DNA from: Bdellovibrionota bacterium
GTDB lineage: Bacteria; Bdellovibrionota; Bdellovibrionia; Bdellovibrionales; JAEYZS01
DNA length: 64,000 nt
Reading direction: 5' to 3'
NCBI GenBank assembly: GCA_040386775.1
Contig: JAZKEU010000017.1
Coordinates: forward strand, 85,464 to 149,463
Under the pieces are notes generated by a model. The model did not search any database. It was not told the origin of the DNA and was given only the letters and a program-made list of their open reading frames with translations. Below are positions 31,681 through 40,610 of the stretch, in pieces; position 1 is the stretch's first letter, and each line of letters begins with the position of its first letter. Position numbers and translations under genes: made by a program.

Positions 31681-34600
31681 TTAGAAGCAGGTTGGTCCTA
31701 CTCGGCACTCATAAGTTCTAGATTTATCTGATGGACAAGGAGCTACAGGCTGTGAAGCTGTGTCTCCAACAGGGGTACACGGTGTGCCAGTAAGGATTGG
31801 CCCAGGTATACCGCAGCCATAGTCTTCAAGTCCTGCGAAGCACCAGACTCCCATTACAACAGGAGGAGATGCGCTGCAACCTGCGTTGCTGCCGCCTCCA
31901 GAGCCATTGCAGTTCCAATTCCATGGGCCTGACCCCGTCACAGCAGAAGCTGTCCCACTTGAACAAAGATTTGTGGTTGGGGCTGAAGCAACCGTAGTTC
32001 CATTCGCTGTTCCGCATGCACCATTCACCATTGCTCCTACGCTAGCAGAACAGCCAGCATCTCCGCCTCCCCCTGAGCCCTCACAGCTCCAACTCCATGG
32101 GCCAGCGCCAGTCACTGCAGAGGCTGTCCCACTCGAACAAAGATTTGTGGTTGGGGCCGATGCAACGGCAGTCCCATCGGCAGTTCCGCAAACGCCGTTG
32201 ATGACAGGGATAGAATAAGATTTACTACAATCAGCGCTGGTGCCGCTTCCAGTTCCTGCACATGACCATGTCCAAGGGCCAGAGCCTGACACAGCAGAAG
32301 CTGTTCCTGCATTACACAATGAGGTAGGCGCTGTAGGGCCAGAGGTTCCATGATCACTGCCGCAAGCTCCGTTTGTTCCTCCGCATGTAATGCATTCGAT
32401 GTTTCCTTGGGTGCATACTACTCCAATCGGTAGAAGCCTTTGGAAATACTGTTGGTCTCCAACATTTGTACATGCAGTTCCGATTAAGTTAGGAACTCCA
32501 TGTGCCGTAGTATAACCATTGTAACCGCAGCCGCTAGATGGCCCCGGAGAGCACTCGGCGTTTGATCCGAAGCAGCTCCAGCAACCGGCAGTACATGCGC
32601 CAACAGAGCAGTTTTGATTTGTGAATGAACCGCTTAAAACCCCATTGGTGCAAGTTCGGTTTTCTGAAATGCAAGTGCTCGCGCAGGCTACGGAACTTGT
32701 CTGATAAGCTGTAACGCTAGTTCCATTTGGAATCTCAGTTCCCCAAGGTGTTTGGCAGTCAGTACATGGCGTTGTACTCGCAGGCATTGGTCCAATACAG
32801 CAAGATGTTGGACAATTTACAGTTCGAGTTCTCACTGCACCAACGCAAGCACCCCATGCACCGACGTTCCAGTTTGAACATGGTGTGCAACTTGTCGGCC
32901 CTTGTGGGCTGCCAATTCCTGAAGTGCAGGAGTTAAGAGCTGGACAATAAACCGGAGAGCAATCGTTTGCGGCAGGAGAGCTGTTATTCGTAGGACATGT
33001 ACAAATATTCCCTGTGCAAGTAGGGCCTCCAGCTTCTGCAGAAGTTACGCCGTAACTTGGATCTTCGCAGTCAACTGCAGTTGTGCAGGCGGTACCTTCT
33101 TTGGCGCAAGTGTTGAAACACTTTCCTGTTCTTGAACAATAAGATCCTGCTTCGCAAACATTTCCGCCTCTTTGTGTTCCGCCGTAACGGAAGCAATGAT
33201 TGGCCGCGGGGGGGAATGTATGAGGAACGCTGGTTAGAGGTGTCGAGTATCTCATCGGAGGAGTCGTGTTCTGTTGATATCTACCACAAGGATCTACGAC
33301 AATGGCGCAAAAATTACCGGAAGGATCTTGGGTGCAACCAGAGTTGGTCATGCTATTCCATCCGCCTGTACCACATACTGTTCCTAGTGTAGGAGTAAAA
33401 GTTGCATCCAAATTAGGACATAATGTAGAAACCCCACAAGCTTTGGCAGGTGCAGTAGCCGCGGTAATGACCGATGCAAAACTTGGAATCGGTGTCGAAA
33501 AATTTTCTGCCGGTGAGTAAGTTGCACCAACGGTAGCTGTGGAATCCAAGCACCAACTTTGCACAGGTATCGCCTGAAGTGTTCCACAATTATTTTCAGC
33601 AGAGAGAGAAAGTGTATAACCACCTTCCGAAGCCACGGCAGGAAGTCTTGCGGTACAATCTACTCCTACACAGTTACAGCCGGGAATTACACCCGGAGCG
33701 GCACTTGGTATTATTGTTGTAGCACCACTGGGACTTGTTAATAAGCCGCTGCAATTATGTGAGATTGAAGAGGGGCCTGGTGGTAACGGTGGAGTATAAA
33801 CAACACTTCCTATGAATACTGGCGCTCCACCTTGACATTGAAATTTGCCTCCTGCAAATGCAACCATAGCGTCCGTATATTTTGGTGCAGATGTTCCAGT
33901 TAGACTTGGTGCAAAGCTTCCCACAGCATTTCCCGCATTTGCAACGTGATTTGTATTGTCAGATATAGGGCCCATGACAGGAACTGAATCAATGATGGAG
34001 AAGTGGGCCGGTGAAGCAGAAGAGCAACTTGGAGATCCATTGGCTGGATTACAAAAAGAAGGTCCAACATTTCCAGATGTATCAACAGTTCTTACATCGA
34101 CAACATAACCTTTCATAGAGCGAAGGCCTGAGAGAGTCAGAATTGCATTTGCTGTTCTTTGTGTATTGCCATTGCCAGAGACAAGGGGCTGATACGATAT
34201 TGAAACATTTCCTGCCGTAGTGCCATCAGAGTCTTTCACAGTTGCATTTTCGCAAGGTTCCCATACGTTCGCATTGGTAGGATCATCAAACCAAGTTTTT
34301 TCTCCAATTCTACATAGGAAAGCAGTTCCTGGTTCTGACTCTAGACAAGCAGCACACGCAGCATTATTGAATGAATCAAATAAATCCGGTCCGGCCCCGG
34401 TGGCATCAGAACATGTTGTAGAGTTAATCTGTTGTTGGCAGTTTGTTTGGCAGGCAGTTCCTGCATTGCTTTTGAAAGTTCTTATCGCAATTTGTACAGG
34501 CGCAGGAGCTCCGCAAATCGCAGGGGATATAATTCCAGGTCCACAGAGATTTTGGTATTGAATCAGAGTCAATGCAGGAGTTGTATCCATTGTTCTTTGG

Positions 34601-35322
34601 ACAGTTCCTGTTCCAGTGCAAGATTTTTCTTGATCGGTTCCTCGTTGGATGGTTACACGCACTTTAAATTCTGCTCGTGTAGTGTCTTGTGAGCTAGGGA
34701 GGTCGGCCATGGCAAGTCTTCGAGCTGTACAAGGGATACCATCAAAATCTACAGCAAGATCTATTTCTACGTTTCTATCTGTGATTGTAAATCCTGGTCT
34801 GGGAGTGGAATCGTCGTAGAATCTTTCACCGCAGTTGGGGCCCATGTCCAGGCCATTGCAGCAGAAGTTTCCGCTGGCCGCTAGGGCAATGAGTCTATTC
34901 GTAGAATTTTTAATGTTGAGATAGTTAAAATATTTCCATGGAGGAGGAATTTGAGTTGCTGTTGGTGGTAAACTCAATGTACCTGTTCCGGTGTATATAG
35001 GAATGGGCGTAGAGGTGAATCTAAATCTATCAATGCCATCGTCAGTTTGATCAAGGCCTTGTGGAAAATCTACGCCGCCAGCAGGACCATATGAAGAAAT
35101 AAACAGAGAGGTTTCATCTTTTTTGATATATTCCACAAGAGAGTTTGCAATATTTTGGCAGCTCCCTGCAATCTCGATTCTTTTTGAAAGTCTACTCTGA
35201 TCGCTAACAACATAGGCAACAGTCATTGCTATTGTTATGACCAATGCGGCGGCGATAAGTGCCCCCACTAAACCAACCCCACGTTGATTTAAAAATAATG
35301 TAATTAATTTATTTTTCTTCAT
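31681..35322 (-). CDS. Giant cysteine-rich surface protein with a PilX_N-like N-terminal anchor
   Basis: 1213-aa ORF. The N-terminus NQRGVGLVGALIAAALVITIAMTVAYVV resembles the PilX N-terminal / pseudopilin-like anchor (no Glu at +5). About 82 Cys by hand count. The rest is rich in G, T, S, P and A. Three C-terminal tandem repeats. Confidence 0.75.
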   Translation of the reverse strand: MKKNKLITLFLNQRGVGLVGALIAAALVITIAMTVAYVVSDQSRLSKRIEIAGSCQNIANSLVEYIKKDETSLFISSYGPAGGVDFPQGLDQTDDGIDRFRFTSTPIPIYTGTGTLSLPPTATQIPPPWKYFNYLNIKNSTNRLIALAASGNFCCNGLDMGPNCGERFYDDSTPRPGFTITDRNVEIDLAVDFDGIPCTARRLAMADLPSSQDTTRAEFKVRVTIQRGTDQEKSCTGTGTVQRTMDTTPALTLIQYQNLCGPGIISPAICGAPAPVQIAIRTFKSNAGTACQTNCQQQINSTTCSDATGAGPDLFDSFNNAACAACLESEPGTAFLCRIGEKTWFDDPTNANVWEPCENATVKDSDGTTAGNVSISYQPLVSGNGNTQRTANAILTLSGLRSMKGYVVDVRTVDTSGNVGPSFCNPANGSPSCSSASPAHFSIIDSVPVMGPISDNTNHVANAGNAVGSFAPSLTGTSAPKYTDAMVAFAGGKFQCQGGAPVFIGSVVYTPPLPPGPSSISHNCSGLLTSPSGATTIIPSAAPGVIPGCNCVGVDCTARLPAVASEGGYTLSLSAENNCGTLQAIPVQSWCLDSTATVGATYSPAENFSTPIPSFASVITAATAPAKACGVSTLCPNLDATFTPTLGTVCGTGGWNSMTNSGCTQDPSGNFCAIVVDPCGRYQQNTTPPMRYSTPLTSVPHTFPPAANHCFRYGGTQRGGNVCEAGSYCSRTGKCFNTCAKEGTACTTAVDCEDPSYGVTSAEAGGPTCTGNICTCPTNNSSPAANDCSPVYCPALNSCTSGIGSPQGPTSCTPCSNWNVGAWGACVGAVRTRTVNCPTSCCIGPMPASTTPCTDCQTPWGTEIPNGTSVTAYQTSSVACASTCISENRTCTNGVLSGSFTNQNCSVGACTAGCWSCFGSNAECSPGPSSGCGYNGYTTAHGVPNLIGTACTNVGDQQYFQRLLPIGVVCTQGNIECITCGGTNGACGSDHGTSGPTAPTSLCNAGTASAVSGSGPWTWSCAGTGSGTSADCSKSYSIPVINGVCGTADGTAVASAPTTNLCSSGTASAVTGAGPWSWSCEGSGGGGDAGCSASVGAMVNGACGTANGTTVASAPTTNLCSSGTASAVTGSGPWNWNCNGSGGGSNAGCSASPPVVMGVWCFAGLEDYGCGIPGPILTGTPCTPVGDTASQPVAPCPSDKSRTYECRVGPTCF
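31867..32382 (-). repeat. Three tandem 54-60-aa four-cysteine repeats at the C-terminus of the giant protein
   Basis: The repeat is NG-x-CG-x-A-x-G ... P-T-x-x-LC-x-x-GTASAV-x-G-x-GPW-x-W-x-C-x-G-x-G ... C-S. Units 2 and 3 share the identical stretch VASAPTTNLCSSGTASAVTG. Confidence 0.8.
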
Positions 35323-35592
35323 ATTAATACTTTCTTAATAGAATAAGATTTTGTCAGCTTAAATTATATACTTATCGGCTGTCTATACCGCTGGACATAA
35401 GTCTTGCTGAATTTTCTCTGAATAATAATCTGTATTCTAATAAGACAGGGAGACGTTTGGAGTGTCTCATATTGAAACGCACTAAAGAAGATGAGTGCTA
35501 ATTATTAAAAGAATAGGCTGCCACTCACGAAAGATAAATATCTTAGTGGAAAATAATATGAGTATTTAGAATTTACTTTTTAAAGTTTAAGC

Positions 35593-35964
35593 CTAATGTT
35601 TAAACTTCGCAGATTCTAAAATCGCATTATCTACGATGTTGAAGTACGTACGAACCAAAAGTTCATAGGCCTCTTCATCTAGATTTTTTAAGAACTTCTG
35701 CTTTTCGACAATGGATTTTTGAGAGATAAAATCACTCAAAATTCCTTGAACTCTTTTAACATTATCAAAGTTAAAAAAGTCGATGTCCTCTGTTGGTGTC
35801 TTCAAAATTTTGCCAATAATCTTATTGTCAAAAAGAAGATGCAATCCCTGAATGGATTGCGAAAGTAGATACTCTATTTCGCTCAATTTATCTGCTGATA
35901 TTTGTATGACATTGCGTCCTTGCAAAGCCATCCCCCCTGTTGAAGTTTTTGGTGCTGTTTTCAT
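35593..35964 (-). CDS. Hypothetical protein
   Basis: 123-aa ORF with no antisense competitor of similar length. No family recognised. Confidence 0.45.
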   Translation of the reverse strand: MKTAPKTSTGGMALQGRNVIQISADKLSEIEYLLSQSIQGLHLLFDNKIIGKILKTPTEDIDFFNFDNVKRVQGILSDFISQKSIVEKQKFLKNLDEEAYELLVRTYFNIVDNAILESAKFKH

Positions 35965-36014
35965 CCGAATGTACTAATTTCCCCTACCTTTATTTCAAGC
36001 GCCATTAAGTCTCT

Positions 36015-36926
36015 TTGCAACAAAAATCAATTGTGTTTGACATGCGCAGTCAGACGCGAGTGAATAGTAAGGTGAGCGGTAAAAAGAAAAAATCTAAAAA
36101 ATCAAGAGACTCTCAAGGACAAAGAACTCCAATCATCATCGATGAAAGTCGAGGTTGGATTTTTAATGACGAAAATGATGTGGTTGCGCACTTCAGAGAG
36201 CAAATCGAAATTCTCGAAAAAGAATATCATGAGTGGCGTCCTGAAACCGACATCAACTTGGATGAGATCGAAAACATTGATCAGCATCTCTCTGAACTTT
36301 TACAAGAACCCGATGAGGTCTGGTTGTCGACAACAACTCTTAAAGGAATTTCTTTAGGAACTTTTGTTGGATATTTTGAGGCTGAAGAAGAAGACATTAG
36401 TTTTTATTATATCACGCTGACATACTTTGTAGATAATATTCCGCGTTTTGTGTTCTTGCATTTTGCGACAACAGATTTAAATCTTGTAAAAAAATATCAA
36501 CGTGGTGAAAAAATTTATGATCGTAATAATCAAGAGATTCAATCTGATGAAGAAGCCGTGGATGCTTTGACGGAAGGTGATGAATTGGCGGTTGGTCTTT
36601 ATGGTGCGATGTTAAAGCTGAGAAATCAAACGGATATTCCTGAGAATGAATTTCCGAGCTACATCAAGCACCGCGAGGAAACAATTGAAGAGCCCGATGA
36701 GATCTGGAGAAAAATTGATTCTGAAGGTCGTATTTTAGTGAGTTTTGTTAAATCCATCGAAGATGCTGGAGATGTAAAATACATTGTTGTGACCACTGAA
36801 GATGAAGCTTCGGAAAGCCAATACTTATTATTTTCATTCCCAACAAAAGATCCAAATCTAGTGGATAGATACAAGCAGGGCGAATCGGTAGATGCAGCTT
36901 CATATACTCGGGAAGAATCGCATTAG
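36015..36926 (+). CDS. Hypothetical acidic protein
   Basis: 303-aa ORF (TTG per the track, alternative ATG at 36042). Basic N-terminal tail followed by a highly acidic body. No family recognised. Confidence 0.5.
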   Translation: MQQKSIVFDMRSQTRVNSKVSGKKKKSKKSRDSQGQRTPIIIDESRGWIFNDENDVVAHFREQIEILEKEYHEWRPETDINLDEIENIDQHLSELLQEPDEVWLSTTTLKGISLGTFVGYFEAEEEDISFYYITLTYFVDNIPRFVFLHFATTDLNLVKKYQRGEKIYDRNNQEIQSDEEAVDALTEGDELAVGLYGAMLKLRNQTDIPENEFPSYIKHREETIEEPDEIWRKIDSEGRILVSFVKSIEDAGDVKYIVVTTEDEASESQYLLFSFPTKDPNLVDRYKQGESVDAASYTREESH

Positions 36927-36937
36927 GGAATTAGTAT

Positions 36938-37387
36938 TTATCTGAATTCGCCGCGAAGTACCTCGTTGGTATTATCAAGGTTTCCTAGGTTGTCGTCTTC
37001 GTAAATTACAAACCAAGCGTCGCTGCTATTGAAGACCACCGAAAAACTATCGCCAGGTCTTAGGCCATCGGTTAAATGCGCAAGTCGTACATCGGTTGCT
37101 GTATTTAGGGTTGCAATGTCTGATTCCACTTGAACGCCATAGATAGAAACTTCGCTTCCGAGAAAAGTATCATTGTAGCAAACTTGGAAGTTGAATTCGT
37201 TGAGTGAGCCTACCAAGAAAGTCACTCGCATGCCAACACCACCTTGGATAAAGTTTGGTGTGCAATAAGAGCTTGCTCCATTACCACAGGAGATCACAAA
37301 CGATAATAAAATCGCAATAGATGCAAGTAAGCTAGTTCTTAGAGCTTTGCTCGCTATATTAAGCATTGCCAGGGAGCTGTGTTTCAT
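36938..37387 (-). CDS. Hypothetical lipoprotein
   Basis: Lipobox LSFVISCG after a hydrophobic N-terminus. 149 aa. Confidence 0.5.
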   Translation of the reverse strand: MKHSSLAMLNIASKALRTSLLASIAILLSFVISCGNGASSYCTPNFIQGGVGMRVTFLVGSLNEFNFQVCYNDTFLGSEVSIYGVQVESDIATLNTATDVRLAHLTDGLRPGDSFSVVFNSSDAWFVIYEDDNLGNLDNTNEVLRGEFR

Positions 37388-37418
37388 AAGATAATTATAA
37401 ATGAGAGAGAGCCTAAAT

Positions 37419-38279
37419 ATGAAGCTTATTTTAAAGATGTTAATTTTATTTGTCAGTGGGTTGGGATTAATTTCATGCTCACTGTCTCAAAAAGAGACAA
37501 ACGGTCCGATTTCCTTAAGCCTAGAAGGCATTCCTGGGCACAAAGACAATTATGCAATTCACTCTCAAACTCTCGTTGAAAATGTAAGCACAGATAAACT
37601 TCTTCATCAGAAAATCGAAATTGTAGAATTTGATGTAGCAACAGAGATCTCTAAAATCGATAAAAAAAATTCTACAGTTGCGATTGATACAAAGACCACA
37701 AAAAAAGAAGGATCATTAAGTCTTCATGATATGGCTTATCCGGAGCTTGATGAAACAATTCATTTTGTTTTTGATTCTCGCGGAAGAGTGATTCAAGCAG
37801 GGAAACATAATCCCGGAACGATTTTTTTTGTATCGCCATTACCACTTCCAGATAAAATTGTAAAAGTCGGCGACACTTGGACCTACAAAACGGAATGGGT
37901 CACGCTCGAAAGTCAAATGCCAATGAAACTGGAGCTTGTGATGGTTCTTAAAAAAGCCATTAAATGTTTTGGCAACGAATACTGTGCTGAAATTGAGTGG
38001 TCTGGAAAAGTATTCCCTGATCAAATCAAGATGCCAATCGAAAGTAAAATCTCAGGCTATTCACTCTATCGTCCAAAAACAGGAAGTCAGATTTGGACCT
38101 GGTCAAGAAACGAAGAAACTCTCGAACTTCAGGGTGTGAAAATGAAAGTATCAACCTGTATCCAATCCATCTTAAAATCTGAAAAATCAAAAATCAATCC
38201 CTTCGCTGGAAGAGCTCCGGTGTGTGATCCTGCCGATGCCAATGGCCCATTACCAAATGTCGCAAAAGTAAAAATCTAA
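37419..38279 (+). CDS. Hypothetical lipoprotein
   Basis: MKLILKMLILFVSGLGLISC lipobox directly after the ATG at 37419. The track ORF starts at 37401. Confidence 0.55.
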   Translation: MKLILKMLILFVSGLGLISCSLSQKETNGPISLSLEGIPGHKDNYAIHSQTLVENVSTDKLLHQKIEIVEFDVATEISKIDKKNSTVAIDTKTTKKEGSLSLHDMAYPELDETIHFVFDSRGRVIQAGKHNPGTIFFVSPLPLPDKIVKVGDTWTYKTEWVTLESQMPMKLELVMVLKKAIKCFGNEYCAEIEWSGKVFPDQIKMPIESKISGYSLYRPKTGSQIWTWSRNEETLELQGVKMKVSTCIQSILKSEKSKINPFAGRAPVCDPADANGPLPNVAKVKI

Positions 38280-38294
38280 AAAAAGGTGCTCCTT

Positions 38295-40610
38295 TTAGCT
38301 GAGGTCGGCCCAGGTGTAGCCGTCGTCGTTGGAGGATTCGCTGCCGGCTTGCCACTTTTGGATGTAGACACTTCTTGATAAGTATTTTCTTACAGATTTT
38401 TTTAATGCCTCAGTGCCGTGGCCGTGAATGATTTTTACTCGGTCCACTTGCTCTTGAAGAGCTTTGTCGAAAGATTTTTCTAGTTCTTCAATGGCTTGAT
38501 CTGTAGACATTCCACGAATATCAATTTCGATTTCATCTTGAGGAAGTTTGATTTTGGATTTTTTCTGTTGCTGTACAGGATGTTGGATATTCGGCGCATT
38601 TGCAGCTCTCACATCTTTCCAATGAATTTGTAGTCTCATAGATTTAGAAAGTACAGTCACTTCACCTTTAGAGTTAGGAAGTCCTTGGATGATTCCATCT
38701 TGTCCTAAATTTGATAAATAGGCTGTGCTTCCGGGCGGAAACTGTCTGGAGAACTCTTCTACTGAGGTTACCGAAGGAGTCGAGCCTGTAGACTTTACGA
38801 TTTCTGGAAATTGTGCTTTAACCTTAGAAACATTGGGATTAGCTCTAAATTCTTCGATGATTTTTTCGATTTTCTTCTCAGCACGATCTACAGCTTTAGA
38901 AATATGATGGTTTTTTTCGGACTCGAATTTTTTAAGAACGTCTTTGTATTTGTTCTTTTCCGTTTCCATCATGCGTGTTTCAAGTTCAAGTTTTCTGGAA
39001 AGCTCGACAACTTTTTCTTTGTATTGGTCGAGTTCGTTGAGTTTTTCTTCACGCACGCGGGTTTCCGTAGACAAGTAGCTCATAGCTTTTTGAATAATGC
39101 TCTCAGGAACCCCCGCAGCTTTAGCTGTTTTCAAAGCAAAGGATCTTCCGTGAATTCCCATAAAGAGTTTGTAAGTAGGATGATCTGTAAATTCCATGCT
39201 TCCACAGGTGATTGGAGATTCTTTTGGCCAAATTTGTTTTAGTGGGCCCAAGTGACTTGTGATAACTCCAAAGACATCGTTTTCAGCATAATGCTCGATA
39301 AAACTTTTAGCAATAGCAGCGCCTTCTTCGGGATCCGTAGACCCGCAAATTTCATCCACTAAGATTAAATTATCTTTTCCTTTCGCTGTGAGCGCCTTAC
39401 TCAGAGTATTGAGATGAGCGGCGAAAGTACTCATGTGTTCATCCACACTCTGTGTGTCACCAATGGCGACAAAGATAGTTTTAAAAAAAGGAATTTTTGA
39501 TTCTTCAGCTGCAGGAACTAAAAGTCCGCATCTTGCCATATGGCAAGTGAGGCCGATAGCCTTCAATAATACTGTTTTTCCCCCAGCATTGGGACCAGAG
39601 AGAATTAGAACTTTCTTTCCATCATCAAACTCTACATTATTTGAAATGACTTCTTTGATATTTTGAAATGAGAGCAAAGGATGTCGTACTTCTTTTAAGA
39701 AAAACTCATTGTCTGTAAATTCAAAAGTACTTGAATTTGTTTTAAGTGCAAATTGTGCCTGAGCCAATCGTTGATCACACTCAAGCATCTTGTGGTAAGC
39801 TCTTAAGAGTTCATTGCATGATCCGGCGACAAAGTGGGTGAGTTGAGTGAGAAGTTTTTCAATTTCCGCTTCAATTTCACTCTCGGCTTCTTTTAATCGA
39901 TTATTGATCGCGATAATTTCTTTAGGTTCCATGAAAACAGTTTGTTTTGTTTGAGAAGAATCATGAATGATCCCGTCAAACTGACGCTGTTTGCCACTTC
40001 GGATAGGCAATACCCAACGTCCCTCACGATTTGTCACATAACGGTCTTGAAGAAGTGTTTCCATCTCGTGAGTCTTAACGAATTTATCCAGCGTTGTTCT
40101 GATCTGTCTTTCTAGATTTTTCTTTTCGTTATAAAGATTATGAAGTGTTTCACTGGCGTCAACTCGGATGTCGCCTTCAAAGGTAATTATTTGGTCTATG
40201 GCAGAATGAATTTTCGTAGTGTCCATCAATTGCGCAAGAGATGAGGTCGTCCAATCATTGGTTGTTTGCGATAGAGTTTTCTGAAGATTAAAAATATCAA
40301 AGCAAAACCTTCTTACTTCTTGGAATTCAGAAGTCTTAAGTACCGCTTTTCTTTTTAAACGTTCAAACCAACTAAAGAAAAGATCGAGAGAGTCTAATCT
40401 TGGGCGAAAATCTAAGGAGACAACTGCTTTCGCTTGATAAATTTCATTCACTTGTTTTTGAGATTCTTCCTTGGTTTTGAAAGGAGCGGTCTTGGCAATT
40501 AAATCTTTTGCAGTAGAGCTGGTGGAGTAATTTTTAATTTTCTCCAAAGTATCATGCCAATCTAAATTTTTAAATTGGTCTTTTTTGTTGTGCTCTAGGC
40601 TATTACTCAT
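38295..40610 (-). CDS. mutS2: Endonuclease MutS2 (MutS domain V plus C-terminal Smr)
   Basis: Walker A GPNAGGKTVLLK, DEICGSTDPEEG, and a C-terminal Smr domain (EIDIRGMSTDQA ... IIHGHGTEALKKSVRKYL). Confidence 0.92.
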   Translation of the reverse strand: MSNSLEHNKKDQFKNLDWHDTLEKIKNYSTSSTAKDLIAKTAPFKTKEESQKQVNEIYQAKAVVSLDFRPRLDSLDLFFSWFERLKRKAVLKTSEFQEVRRFCFDIFNLQKTLSQTTNDWTTSSLAQLMDTTKIHSAIDQIITFEGDIRVDASETLHNLYNEKKNLERQIRTTLDKFVKTHEMETLLQDRYVTNREGRWVLPIRSGKQRQFDGIIHDSSQTKQTVFMEPKEIIAINNRLKEAESEIEAEIEKLLTQLTHFVAGSCNELLRAYHKMLECDQRLAQAQFALKTNSSTFEFTDNEFFLKEVRHPLLSFQNIKEVISNNVEFDDGKKVLILSGPNAGGKTVLLKAIGLTCHMARCGLLVPAAEESKIPFFKTIFVAIGDTQSVDEHMSTFAAHLNTLSKALTAKGKDNLILVDEICGSTDPEEGAAIAKSFIEHYAENDVFGVITSHLGPLKQIWPKESPITCGSMEFTDHPTYKLFMGIHGRSFALKTAKAAGVPESIIQKAMSYLSTETRVREEKLNELDQYKEKVVELSRKLELETRMMETEKNKYKDVLKKFESEKNHHISKAVDRAEKKIEKIIEEFRANPNVSKVKAQFPEIVKSTGSTPSVTSVEEFSRQFPPGSTAYLSNLGQDGIIQGLPNSKGEVTVLSKSMRLQIHWKDVRAANAPNIQHPVQQQKKSKIKLPQDEIEIDIRGMSTDQAIEELEKSFDKALQEQVDRVKIIHGHGTEALKKSVRKYLSRSVYIQKWQAGSESSNDDGYTWADLS

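Noticed and set aside
31797-34692. About fifteen 60-113-aa ORFs on both strands inside the giant Cys-rich gene
   Set aside because: All are nested in a single uninterrupted 1213-codon frame with coherent repeat structure. The locally higher G+C simply lowers stop-codon frequency in the other frames.
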